Positions 1-11,600 of a stretch of 64,000 bases of DNA are shown here, in pieces. The notes beneath the pieces are model-generated. The model was not told where the DNA came from and made no database searches. It worked only from the letters and a program-made list of their open reading frames with translations. Position numbers and translations under genes: made by a program. Source of the stretch: Mantamonas sphyraenae STR306 (Eukaryota > Protista > CRuMs); assembly GCA_026936335.1 (NCBI GenBank), contig JAPMXV010000040.1, forward strand, positions 124,001 through 188,000. Direction: 5' to 3'. Position 1 is the stretch's first letter, and each line of letters opens with the position of its first letter.

Positions 1-3
1 ATT

Positions 4-2349
4 GTGGACATGTGGGAGGTGCAGACACACGCATACCAGCAGGCGCTGTTTGATGACGAAGAGTGCCATGAGCAGGAGATGTTGGACGCAGCAGGTCTGT
101 CCCTGCTGTGTCTCAAGTCGTTGCGGCGGCTGATTGCGCGCGGGTTCCAAGACTACACACAGGACAAGGATGCCATGCGGCTTATGGATCAGGTGGTGGG
201 CCACCAGGTGAATGACCTGTGCGAGCTGATCGATAGGGTGCCGTACGACTCGCCATTTGCCAAGGTGCTGCAAAAGAGTTTGTGGACGGTGATGAAGATG
301 CTGGTGGAGCTGCAGCGGGTGCAGCCCATGGCGTTTGGCGACGCCCACCTGGTGTCTGCGTTGGAGGTGGCCCACGATGCGATCGACAGCTACGAAGGGC
401 CCGTGTGTGCAGCCAAGGTTGCTGACGGCTACCCGGAACGCTTCATTATTCACTGCATGTCGTTGATGGGCAGCGTGCTGCACTGCATCGAGTACAACGA
501 GGACAAAGAGAGCAAGGTGCATCACACTCTGCAGGAGCTGTTTGACGAGGAGTTTGCCTCGCAGTTCCTGTCCATGATGCTGCACAAGTACTTGGCTCTG
601 CAGGAGGACGATTTTGAGGTGTGGGCGGAAGACCCAGAGATGTTTCTGTTTGAACAAAAGGTGGATGGGGTGGAAGAAGTGATGCGTCCGTGTGCAGAGC
701 ATGTGTGCACACAGCTGGTGCGCAACTACAGCCAGGCGTGCACGCCGTTTCTGAACTGGGCCATCGAAAACATCAGCACGGCGGGAGAGTTGGAAGGCCA
801 TCACGAGGAGATGGAGATGGCGGATGCTATGCTGCGATTGTTGAGCATCTGCTACGATGACCTGTGGATGGTGTTGGACTACCGCACGTGGGTGGTGGAC
901 ACGTTGGTTCCGTTGCTGCGCAGCAGCAGCGACGAGCTTCTTGTGCTGCGCTACCGTGGGGCACACATGCTGGGCACATGGAGTGCCGAAATGACCACAA
1001 AGACCAAGCTGCGGCCAAAGGTGTACGCACTGGTGATCGAGGAGCTGATGGAGAGCCGCGATCTGGTGGTACGGCTGACCACAGCCATGGCCATGAAGCT
1101 GATGATCGACTGTGGCGAGTTTCAGGCGTCCGAGTTTGTAGAGTACACAGAAGAGTGGATGAACCAGCTGTTTGAGCTGCTGAACACAGTGCACGAATAT
1201 GACAGCAAGCTGGAGTTGCTGCAGATCCTGTCGCTGTCCATCTTCCGCTTGGGCCGCCAGGTGGACGCATGCACGCCTCGTATCATGACCATCCTGGAAG
1301 ACTGTTGGCAACAGGAGGAGCTGATGAAGTGCAACGTGGTGGTGGCCCTGTTCCGACTTGTGGACGCGATCGGCGAGCGCGTGGTGGATTACTACGACGC
1401 CTTGATCCCGCTGCTGGACTTTGCGATGGATGTGGACGAACCGGAACATCCGCTGTTGGTGGAAGATGCCCTGACGTTGTGGAGCAGTGTGCTAAAGGCG
1501 TCGCCCGAGTACACGCCGGAGTTGGCGGATCTGTTTGAGCGGCTGCCGACGGTGCAGGAGCACAACTTGGACATGACGATGAGCTGCATGAGTTTGGTGC
1601 AGAGCTACCTAAAACTGGGCCAGAGCGACTTTCTTGACAGGCATGCAGACGCGGTGCGTGACATGCTGGACTTTATTCTGCCGATGGTGCAGGATGAGGC
1701 GATGCACACGATTCTGCAAACGCTGGATATTGGCGTGCAGCTGTTCCCCGACGACATGGCACACGAGTTTGGGGGAGTGCTGGAAATGTTGCTGGAGAAC
1801 CTGCTGGACAAGGACAACCCGCCGCTGCCCAACAGCATGGGCGCGTACGTCTCGCTCTTCGCTCGTCTGGCTGTACAGAACACAGAGGTGTTTGAAGAGT
1901 TGATGGGAAGCATGGGCGAGGACGCGTTGACGGTGTTTGTGGAAGTTTCGCTGGAGAGCTTCGACCTGTTGTTCAGTGAGGTGCACCGCAATATCACGGT
2001 GCTTGCGCTGCTGGGTCTGCTGCGCTACGATGCAGCGCTGGACCAGTTTGCAGGCATTGTGAACGCGGCTGTGGACGTGCTGGCAGGTATTGAGACGGTG
2101 GATGGCAGTGCAGCAGACACGCACGAGCTGCTGGAGTGGCAGAGTGGGAGCACGGGCATGAGTGCCGACGGCAAACGACACGAACAGTTGTTTCGGCAGG
2201 ACCCAGCCATTGTGACGGATATTCCACGGGCAGCACGCGAAAGCATGGACGCCCTGGAGGGTCGTGTGGGCGAGAGGGACTTTGAAGCGCTGGTGGCGAG
2301 CGTGGACGAGCGTGTGTGGAGTGATTTTGAGCACATGGCGTCGCAATAG
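4..2349 (+). CDS. IPO11: Importin-11 (Kap120)-like importin-beta family protein, 5' end outside window
   Basis: Long acidic all-helical HEAT-type ORF open from the window edge; motifs WAEDPEMF, LRYRGAHMLGTW and LLVEDALTLWSSVL are typical of importin-11. Confidence 0.75.
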   Translation: MDMWEVQTHAYQQALFDDEECHEQEMLDAAGLSLLCLKSLRRLIARGFQDYTQDKDAMRLMDQVVGHQVNDLCELIDRVPYDSPFAKVLQKSLWTVMKMLVELQRVQPMAFGDAHLVSALEVAHDAIDSYEGPVCAAKVADGYPERFIIHCMSLMGSVLHCIEYNEDKESKVHHTLQELFDEEFASQFLSMMLHKYLALQEDDFEVWAEDPEMFLFEQKVDGVEEVMRPCAEHVCTQLVRNYSQACTPFLNWAIENISTAGELEGHHEEMEMADAMLRLLSICYDDLWMVLDYRTWVVDTLVPLLRSSSDELLVLRYRGAHMLGTWSAEMTTKTKLRPKVYALVIEELMESRDLVVRLTTAMAMKLMIDCGEFQASEFVEYTEEWMNQLFELLNTVHEYDSKLELLQILSLSIFRLGRQVDACTPRIMTILEDCWQQEELMKCNVVVALFRLVDAIGERVVDYYDALIPLLDFAMDVDEPEHPLLVEDALTLWSSVLKASPEYTPELADLFERLPTVQEHNLDMTMSCMSLVQSYLKLGQSDFLDRHADAVRDMLDFILPMVQDEAMHTILQTLDIGVQLFPDDMAHEFGGVLEMLLENLLDKDNPPLPNSMGAYVSLFARLAVQNTEVFEELMGSMGEDALTVFVEVSLESFDLLFSEVHRNITVLALLGLLRYDAALDQFAGIVNAAVDVLAGIETVDGSAADTHELLEWQSGSTGMSADGKRHEQLFRQDPAIVTDIPRAARESMDALEGRVGERDFEALVASVDERVWSDFEHMASQ

Positions 2350-2379
2350 ACCATTTGTGATTTGTGATGATGCACACTT

Positions 2380-2955
2380 TCAATCTCCCTCTTCTGCGTC
2401 CTGCATGTCCCGGATGCGCGTGCGCTTGATGGCATCCTGCTCCATGTCAATCTCCTGCAGGGCGCCCTGGCACATCTGGATCATCTGCTTGTCGAGGGTG
2501 TAGATCTTGTGGTCGCCACTGTTGCGTATGGGGAAGGGCAGACGGCGTGGGTTCTCGCACATGAAGCCGTATTGGCTGACAATGAGTGCACGCGGGTTGC
2601 GCTTGAGGATGGTTTCGCGCTCGAGGACGTCGACGACGTCGACACATCCCAGCACACAGCCAATCGGGTAGGAGGAGGGCATGCCGAGGCCTCGTTCGAG
2701 AGCCTGTTCCCTGTGCTCGTCCTCCACCTCCAGGCGAAGATCTTCCTCGAGTTCACGTACGGTGCTGGCAATCCACAGCCTGCCCCTGTGGTTGCTGGGC
2801 CAATTGCGTCCTTCGATGCGCTTGATGCCGTGCACCAACAGACTGGCCCAGGGCTGGTGCATGGAGAGACACCGTCCACGGTCGTCTTCATCGACACTCA
2901 ACACACGCGCGGCGGTGATCAGATTCAGTCTCTCCTGCTTCGCATTGGCGTTACC

Positions 2956-2992
<37 letters not shown>

Positions 2993-4567
2993 CCTACCAC
3001 ATCATCATCCATCTCCAGATAGTCCACCTTTGCGCCGTCGATGTCACGGCCTCGCAGGATGCGCTCCACCTTGCGCTCGCCGGCCTCGCTGAGCAGCTTG
3101 CGCTTCTCCTTCTGGAGCAGCTTCAGTTGCTTCTTGCGCTTGTACAGCTCCTTTGTGCGATGGCTGTTTTCGTTGGCTGTGCGTTTGCCCTGCTGCATGA
3201 GCTTGACGAGTTCGTCGGCACCCATGAAGCGCGGACCGGTGCCTACGCTGGGGTTGGCGTAGTACCCTGTGGACACAAAGCCTTCGGAAGCACTCGAGGA
3301 GGACGAGGACGACGTGTTTGACGACGTGGATGTGCGTGACGGACCATTGCCATGTTCCAGATCGCCCGATTGAAGGGTCTCCTGGTCCACGATGTCGATG
3401 GTTTCGCCGCTGAGGACAAGCATGCGCCTGCGGTCTGATCTGCGTGCATGCAGTTTCTCCTTGCGTGCTCGCTCCCGTGCCAGGGCTCGCTTGCGTTCTT
3501 CCTTGCTCACCCACATGTCGTTTGCATCGTAATAGTCCGACTGGTCGTCGATGACCGAGGTGCGTGCTGCCGAGTTGCGATCAAACTCCAGCAGCCTGTC
3601 ACGATGAGCCTGTGCCCTGTCCAATGCCTCCTGCTCCTCTTCCTTCTCTTTGGCCAGATCGTAGTTGAGTTTGCGTGTCTTTTTGCTTGCGCTTGTGCGT
3701 CCGTCCTTGCTGGCCACAAGTTCGCCGCAGAACATGCACGGTCCTGCACCCTCCTGTTCGCACACCACTCGTCCACACCGTGTGCAGTTGTTCACCAGTC
3801 GGTGTCTGCGTGCCTGACATTCACACGCAAACCGAGGCACATCCTGCGGCCCTCCCGACGCGTCGCCGTCGTCGTCCCCGTCGCGATTCTGCTGCTGCTT
3901 CTTCTTCTTGTTTCGCCGCTTTGTGTTGCCCTTGCCCACCAGACGCAGGGTCAGTGGCCCCTGTCGGTCGTCCTTTACCGAGCTGCTGTCCACCTCAAAC
4001 ATGCGCTTGTCTTTGATGATGTCCTCACCCACCGCATCTGCCCACGAGGCGCCCTTGTCAACCTGCGAGCCGCCTTTCTTCGCCTCCCACTTGCTCAGCC
4101 CAAACAGATCGTCGCTGTCCTCGCTCACCAGACCCTCCTGCAGCTCCTGTGGCTTGCTACTCGGTTTGGCAGCCTTGCTGCCTCCCTTTCGCCCTCCCTG
4201 CATGCGTTTGCTCTGTGCTGGTGTGGCCCAGATGTCGTCGTCGTCGTCTTCGTCGCCGTCCATCCAGCCCCGCTTCCTTCCCAGAAATTCACGCACAAAT
4301 TCGTTCACCACGCGCGAATCTCCACACAGATCACGCACATACTCGCGCAGGTCCTCCTCGTCGTCCTCCCCAAACGTCACCAGGTACTCTGCAATCGCAC
4401 TGTTGTCCGTGAGGCCCACTCGGTCGGCCAGAAACTCTTCGGCCCAGCGCTTGAGATCCGACGACTGCGTGCGTGTCAGCGGGTTGGTGGAAAGGAGTGG
4501 AGTGGAACACACAAGGGTACGCTTGGTGCACACCAGGGTGGGAGCTGCCAACCAATGTACTCACCAT
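2380..4567 (-). CDS. TRIP4: Activating signal cointegrator 1 (C2HC5 zinc finger + ASCH domain); predicted first exon is ATG only, intron 4564-4465
   Basis: CECQARRH..NNCTRCGRVVCEQEGAGPCMFCG zinc finger; RTSVIDDQSDYY; ASCH motif CLSMHQPWASLLVHGIKRIEGR. ATG|GTGAGT...GCTGAC...CAG|TCG gives MSSDLKRW. Confidence 0.9.
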
Positions 4568-4630
4568 GTGGGATTGTGTTTGGCTGGAGCAGCGCCCGTG
4601 GAGAACCAAACGAAACCCACCCACGCGTCG

Positions 4631-5470
4631 ATGAGTGGCCCAAGCCCGTCTTCCGGGGTCATTGACGTGCCCTGGTATGTGTACGTGCTTCTGGTGGTGG
4701 CTGTGCTTGTGTCTGGGATGCAGCTGGTGCGCACTGTGTGGTACTCTGCCCAGTGGAAAACCCTGCGCAATGCCGTCCTGTACATCACCTTTGAGGACGC
4801 AGTCAAGTATCTCATCATTGTGCTTGTGTTTGACTTTGTGCAAACACCGCCAGCAACGACGGTGGCGCTGCTGGTGGTCTGGAGCTGGCACGGCTTGCTG
4901 CAATACAGCATGATCATCCTGTGGTTCGCACGCATCTACCTGGACCACCGTCACGCGGACTCGTGGGTGGCTCGCAACCTGTACAGCATCTTTGCGGGCC
5001 TGATGGGCATGTTGCTGCTGGGCATGATTGTTGCGGCAGCAGTGATGGGCCCTGCGTTTGGCACAGCCCACTTCCAGACCGTGTGGGTCACCGGGGTGCT
5101 TGTCATTTCCCTCCTAATCATGTTCATTGGCACATACTACGTGGCACGCGTGTTTGTCATTCCCGAGCTGGAGCTGGACCGCGAGACGTACCACGTGGTG
5201 CGCAAGAGCAGGCTGGTGGCTGCCGTGACGGGGGCCATGCTCATGGCTGTCATTGTGTTTGGCATCCTGTGGCTGGCCGGTGTCAGCAGACCCGTCATCT
5301 CCGAACTCATCGGCACCAGTGCGTATACGCAGTTGTTGCGCATTGCCTTCTTTGACACCGTGCCCGTCCTTGCCGTCGCCTTTGCCTTTGGCGAGAAGAA
5401 GCGCACCAAGGGCGACCTGTTCATGAGTGTCCAACATGACACCAACTATGAATCGTTGGACAGCCGGTGA
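4631..5470 (+). CDS. Multi-pass (~7 TM) membrane protein of unknown function
   Basis: ATG 4631 followed by about seven hydrophobic segments; the upstream part of ORF 3908-5470 is only the antisense shadow of TRIP4. Confidence 0.7.
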   Translation: MSGPSPSSGVIDVPWYVYVLLVVAVLVSGMQLVRTVWYSAQWKTLRNAVLYITFEDAVKYLIIVLVFDFVQTPPATTVALLVVWSWHGLLQYSMIILWFARIYLDHRHADSWVARNLYSIFAGLMGMLLLGMIVAAAVMGPAFGTAHFQTVWVTGVLVISLLIMFIGTYYVARVFVIPELELDRETYHVVRKSRLVAAVTGAMLMAVIVFGILWLAGVSRPVISELIGTSAYTQLLRIAFFDTVPVLAVAFAFGEKKRTKGDLFMSVQHDTNYESLDSR

Positions 5471-5518
5471 GAACGGGAAGGGGCCCACCCCGCACGCACG
5501 CACGCAAAACAAAGAATA

Positions 5519-5623
5519 TTGTATTGGCCACATGGCTGTGCACATGGCCTTCGGCTAGTCGATGCACCACATGGTGCGACAAGGTAGTATGGGTAAGCCT
5601 GTGGATTTGGATCTGTAGGCCGA
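5519..5623 (-). ncRNA. Candidate Fanzor omegaRNA scaffold
   Basis: 105-nt non-coding tail between the Fanzor stop and the element end with three consecutive hairpins, the last (GGCCAUGUG/CAUGUGGCC) pairing fully only on the Fanzor strand via G-U; the position matches known Fanzor/TnpB omegaRNA loci. Confidence 0.55.
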
Positions 5624-8600
5624 TCATTTGCCTATCCTTGGTCGCTGTACCCTTTGTCGCTTGGGAGCATGCTGTTGTGGTTGTGACCCACCCGAATCCT
5701 CTTCTTCCCCCACTTCCTCATCTCTTCTCTTCTTGCTTCTCTTGCCCGCCTTGTCTGCTGCCTTGCGTTGCACCTTCCTTCGTCGCTGTACCCTTTGTCG
5801 CTTGGGAGCATGCTGTTGTGGTTGTGACCCACCCGAATCCTCTTCTTCCCCCACTTCCTCATCTCTTCTCTTCTTGCTTCTCTCGCCTGCCTTGTCTGCT
5901 GCCTTGCGTTGCACCTTGATTTTCTTTGTTGGCTTCTCCATCCAGACGCCTGTGACAAAGAAGAGCATCTGCCGCCAGAAGATGCAGTGTGCAGAGCCTC
6001 GGTCTCTCTGAACTGCCTGGTGCAAGTTGTGCTCACCCTCGCCCTCCATCTCTTTGCATGCGTGCCGTTGTGCAAAGCGTTTGAGCTGCTTGGTGGCGTC
6101 AAACATGTTGGAGTCGATGTCCGACAGGCAGTGGCTGCTGCACGTCCGCCATCGCCCAAACTTCTCAGCGCCAAAGTCGTCCAAGTTGTCGACAGCGCTG
6201 CCACAGAAGCACTGCTGCGATGTATACCTCTCGTCTGCTGCAATGACCACAAAGTGGTTGGCCAGCATCTCCCGCATCTCCTGCGATTTCCCGCGTCCGC
6301 CAAACGTCTTTGTCGGCTGCAGCACAATCACTTGCTTCAGGCCCAGATGCGCGCGGAACCTGTGGATCACTGAGATCATCTCACGCACGCCTGCCATCCT
6401 TCGTTTGCGAAACGTCGCGTACTGCGCACGCATGTGCTTCGCATCCTTGTGCAAATCTTTTCCGAAGACACGTTGCTTGTACTCCTTCTTGAAGTCCGTG
6501 TACGACGCCAGCACTCGGTCCTGCCCTGCCTTGTGTGCCTGCACATCGTGGCTGTCCAGGGGCAAGGTGGCCACATACAGCTGGCCGTCCCGCACAAAGA
6601 TCGCCTCGACCCAGTCGCGTCCACGACCAGGGTCAATGCTGATCCACAGCACCTTGCGTGCATGCTCAAGGACTGCGTATCCATTCTTGGCAAAGGCCTT
6701 GACGTGCTCGACCAAGCCACGCTTCGGAACAGGGCAATCCGGAAAGCCAGGCGCGATCTGCTGGACGGCTTCCACCAGCGCGTCTGGCATGCCCGTTGGG
6801 TTCAGTACGGCAAGGGCAATCAGCGCGTTCTTCTTGGGGTCCAGCAGAAGGGGCAGGAGATGAGCCATCCTTGGCCTGATCAATGTTGCGAGGCTCGCCG
6901 GTGAAGGCAGGAGAGTGTGAACTCTTGGTGGCTGTAACACCAAGGCTCGCCTGTACTTCCCCTGAGCGGCGATTCCACCAGAGAGCATGCGCATGCTGCT
7001 GGCGCTGACGTTCTTCAGCAGGCACCTTGCGTTTTTCGTGCCAACGCCGCGCGTGAGCATGAGTATTGACTTCAGAGGCACGGTTTGCAGCGGCCGCTCT
7101 CCTGCCCAGTGTTGGACTGGCTGAGTATCCTCGTCATTGTTTTCTGGCATGCGACGAGCATACCGACACCGATACACTGCCTGCTTGAGCCATTTAGGGA
7201 GACTCGGGATGGCCTCATCCGTCAAAACCCACTCGCGTTCTTTCAGTGCATTCCACCAACCCGGGTTGGCGTCCGACTTGGCGTTCGGGTTGGCGTCTGG
7301 GGGGTCGTTTGGGTTGGCGTCCGGGTTGGCGTCCGGGTTGGCGTCCGGGTTGGCGTCCGGGTTGGCGTCTTGGGGGTCATCTGGGTTGGCGTCCGGGGGG
7401 TCATCTGGGTTGGCATTCCCGTTCGGCGTTCCATGTGCTTTCCACCTTGCTTCCATGGTGTTCACAAAGATCTTAAACGCGTACGTCTTGACGGAGTACG
7501 CGCCGAAGACGAACTGGCCGCCAATGTCAACCGGACCGGGAAACATCGCGTCAACACAGTCCAATGATGCTGCTGTCGATGCAATGGCGCGCTTTGCTTG
7601 TGTGCTTTTGAGATTGGTCTTCAGGTCGGGCTTGAGCATCACATCCAACAGCACAGACAACGCGTCCCGTTTGCCACGCACGTGCTTGCCGAGTTGATCC
7701 GAGAGACTTGTGCACACGTCCTCGTACGGGTCCCATGGAGATACACCTTGTGGGCGCTGCGCATCCACAGAGAGCTGCGCATCCACGGAGGACTCCTGCA
7801 CATCCATGGATGACTCCACATCCACAGAGGGCAGCACATCCACGGAGGACTCCTGCACATCCATGGATGACTCCACATCCACAGAGGGCAGCACATCCAC
7901 GGAGGACTCCTGCACATCCATGGATGACTCCACATCCACAGAGGGCAGCACATCCACGGAGGACTCCTGCACATCCATGGAGGGCCCCTGGACCTCCACT
8001 GAAGAGTGAGCAGCAGCCGCGGCAGCAGCCTTTGTGGCCTTGTGGATGGGCTGAGAGAACACAAAGTCACGTGTGTCCTTTGTCGACACCTGGTGGGTTT
8101 GGAACGCCTTCTTGGTCTTTGCATAGCTTGTACGCATGAGCGCGGCGACGCTGGCCACGATGGCGGACATGGGCAGCTCGCTGGGCGCCCCGTTCCTCAT
8201 CAGCGCCACGATCATCGGGTAGGCACACAAGGAGATGGCCGACTGCAGGCTGCCATTGAAGGCACGAGCGATGTCATTGGCCATGCTCGACACGGGCGCC
8301 TCCGAAAGATCCACCTTCAGACGCGTGACCATGAAGGAAAAGTCGAAACCATGTTGACCATCGCCCGCCTTCTGTATCCCGTTCCTGGTAAATCGTACAG
8401 ACTTGAGCTCCTCTGGGGTGTCCACGTTCTCCTTGAGTACCTTGAGGTTGTGCGTCGCGACTTTGCGCAGGGCCGTGAACGCTTCGAGCAGGTAGAAGGG
8501 CTTCACGCGGCTGTGAACTTCCACCATCCCGTCGACCACCATCCCGTCAATCATCGTCTGATCCTCTGTTGGCAGCTCCGCCTCGTCCAGCTCCGCCTCA

Positions 8601-11600
8601 TCCAGCTCCGCCTCATCCAGCTCCACCACATCCAGCTCCGCCTCATCCAGCTCCACCTCATCCAGCTCCGCCTCCTCCTGCTCGTCGCTGCCATCCACCG
8701 ATTGCTGGCGTCCATGGGGCGCAGTGAACCATGCAGTTGGGTCCTTTTTCACCTCTGGAATCACCTGGTCGACGAACCATGCTCGAAGCAAGGCTGTTTG
8801 CACGAGCATACAGTCCGCCAACGCTCCAAGAACGTCAGCCTCGCTCTTTCCAAGCCCACGCACGTTCGCCTCCAGCTTCAGATTCTTCTTGAGATCGCTC
8901 TGGTACTCAACAAAATCGTGCTCCCTGATCGCCGTGGCCGAAGGCAGCAGCGTGGTGAAATCAAACCCGTGCGGGATCCAGACGGGTCGCCCCCGCCGGC
9001 TTCCCTTCACGTCATCCTTGTCATAAAAAGCATCCTTGAGCGGCGTCAATGTCTCGCCCTCTGTTGTTGCCCCTGTCTGGAGCGCCACCTCGAACTGGTC
9101 CGCACGGGTCGCTGATGATAGCGTCGCAGGAGGGCGAAGCACCTGGCCATCCTTCCGCACGAGCACTGCCAGTTGTTTCTCGTGCCGTGCTGTGATCACA
9201 TGTGGAACAGATGTCCACCTTTCAACGGCCTCACGGGAACCGAGTGACTCCTCCTTGTTCTTTTTGAAGACAGATGCATCAAAGCCAGCAGGAATCTCCT
9301 CCACAAGCTGCGCGATTTCGGCTTCAGTTGCCGTCAGCAGGTAGGGCACCGCACAGTCCTCCTCGTCCGGCTCCGTGGCGTCCTCCTGGCCCACCATGGC
9401 CTTCGCAACATCCTTGTGAATGCCCTGTGCGAGATGGAATGGCAATTCCTGCACGTGCAGCGTCCCTTCCCGTGCACTGTGGCCACGCCCGAGCGTGTAC
9501 TCCATATGCATACGGGTGTCATCGGTGTTCTTCAGCTCTGGCTTGTGGTTGTAGGTGATGTTGACCTCAGTCAAGCCCAATGCTTGTGCCAACTCCTCCA
9601 CTGAGCGCGGTTTCGGCTTGGCCTGCGTACACAGTCTGCTGAACGACTCCATCACGGTCTGCGCGCGTTGATGATCGAGACCATGCACTCCTCCAAGTCG
9701 CTGGCAGACTGCTTGCGCCAAGGCGACGGCCGACATGGGACCATGGTCACGTTCGGTCTCCTCCAGACCCACCGTGAGCAGCTGCTTCCTCAGCGCTTCA
9801 GTCTCTTCTTCCTTCTTTTCGTCGTCACTCTTGATCGATGTTTTCCCTCGCGATTTGGTCTTTGTCGTCTTCCCCTTTTTGGGCTTCTTCTTGACTCCAT
9901 TGGCCCAGGTTATCAGTTTCCATGACGTCGCTTTGGCGTGCACTTTCTTCGTGTCCACCACATGGGCGTTGAAGATGTTGACAACCCGCAGCCCCGGAGC
10001 TGACCCATGGAGTGCGAGGCCAGCCATGAGACGCCCCTCGCGGTGGCACAGAACGACATCGTCCTCGGCCTTGACCTGGTTTTTGGCGGCCTGGTTTCTG
10101 ACGGCCTTATTTCTGACGGCCTGGTTTGTGACGAACTCGTCCAGTGACATCGTTGCCACTTGATGGGCAGCAAGGTAGTCGCGCATCACTGGCGCCAGGG
10201 TGGTGACAGTGGCACGAGCGGCGAACGCTCGCTGCTTGGCGTTGGAGAAGGTGTCCTGGGACGCAGCTGCACTCAGTTGCTGGTAGAAGCGTTGCAGCTC
10301 GGCTGGCGTGGCTCGACCTGCAAACAGTGCGGCTGTGGACACGACGTCGTCCACAACCACAACCGTGCGAGTCGAAAACAGCTTGCTCAATCTGGGCAAC
10401 ACAGTGTCGAGGATCGTGGTGACCCATTGCCAGGCAGAGGTGAACGTGGCGGGATGCGTGATGGTATGGTCGGAGAGGTGCAAGTAGCGAGCGGCGAGGC
10501 TGCTGAGGCCAACGTACACTGCGGCAAGGCGGGTTCCCCCCGACCCAGCGACGCCACGCTGCACACCACCCTCCACGCCCTCGTTGACAGCAGAGTCAGC
10601 CAAAGGTGGGGGTTGCCAGTTGTCGTTCAACACGTCCAGATACTTGGCGGTCACTGGCGTCTTGTCGCCGGCTGAAGTCGGAAGCTGTGTCAGCTGCCCT
10701 GCTGCCGATGTCTGCGTAGCGGGCACACGGTTGAAACGGAGCCCACGCACAGATGCGGTTGACCCAGCAACCTGCACCCGAGTCGAAGGGGGCCTTCCTT
10801 GAGGCGCTGGCGTTGTCCCTCGAGCCCGTGCAGCGTGCGCGTACAAACGCCTTCTAGCAGCTGAGGTGGAGCTCTCCTTGCTCTGCATCACAACTCGCGG
10901 GCCCTTGATGGCCATGGGCTTGCGGAACACGTTTGATTTGTTGTCGAGAGCCACGGTGCCCATGGCAGACGGCAACGTCCAATCCTCTTCCGGTTGAGAC
11001 TTGAGGAAAACCAGCCTGAAACCCGTGGGCGCACGCTCAGGCGCGGGCCACTCCTCGTCAGTCAGCTGCTGCGCAAGGTCATTGTACACACGGAATTTCC
11101 CTTCCGCCAGTGGAAGCCATGCCGTGTAGTGGGCCCCTTTGAAACAGAGCACCCCGAAGGGCACTTGCTGGTTTTGCTCCGGCAGGCCCTCGCCCACACG
11201 CTGCTGGAGTGCTCCTCGCTCCGCAAGCTTTGCAACCCCTGCGGCGTCCGCTGGCGGGGGGGTACCACCATGCAACATCTGGATGGGGAAGTCAGAGTCG
11301 AATGCGACCTCGAGGCGGTGATGGAAATCTGCCGAGTCACCCCACAGGTCGTCGCCCCCCGCGAGCGCTGTAGCGGCAAGGAAGAGATCGTTGCAGGCCA
11401 CGGCATACATGTCGTCGTCACAGAACATGGCCATGCACCAGGTCTGCCGCAGAAGGGCCGTGTTGACGACGCTGGGGTCTGTGTGTGCCGGCGCAAAGAA
11501 GAGGGGGCGGGTTAGCACTCTCCTGTCAGCGGGATTGAGTGCGGTTTGAGCTTACCTTGCTCCCCAGGCTCAGGCCCCAACTGGGTCGGGTCGTTCCCGC

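Noticed and set aside
5624-6660. Bacterial Cas12/TnpB contamination
   Set aside because: The gene has a spliceosomal intron and NLS-like tail and is embedded between eukaryotic genes; no CRISPR array or cas genes.
5641-8674. Tandem repeats as a CRISPR-like guide array
   Set aside because: No unique spacers between units; all are in-frame coding repeats.
11523-11555. Shorter 33-nt intron ending at CTGACAG
   Set aside because: In-frame removal still hits the stop at 11512-11514; the acceptor at 11479 has the branch point and pyrimidine tract and restores the long frame.
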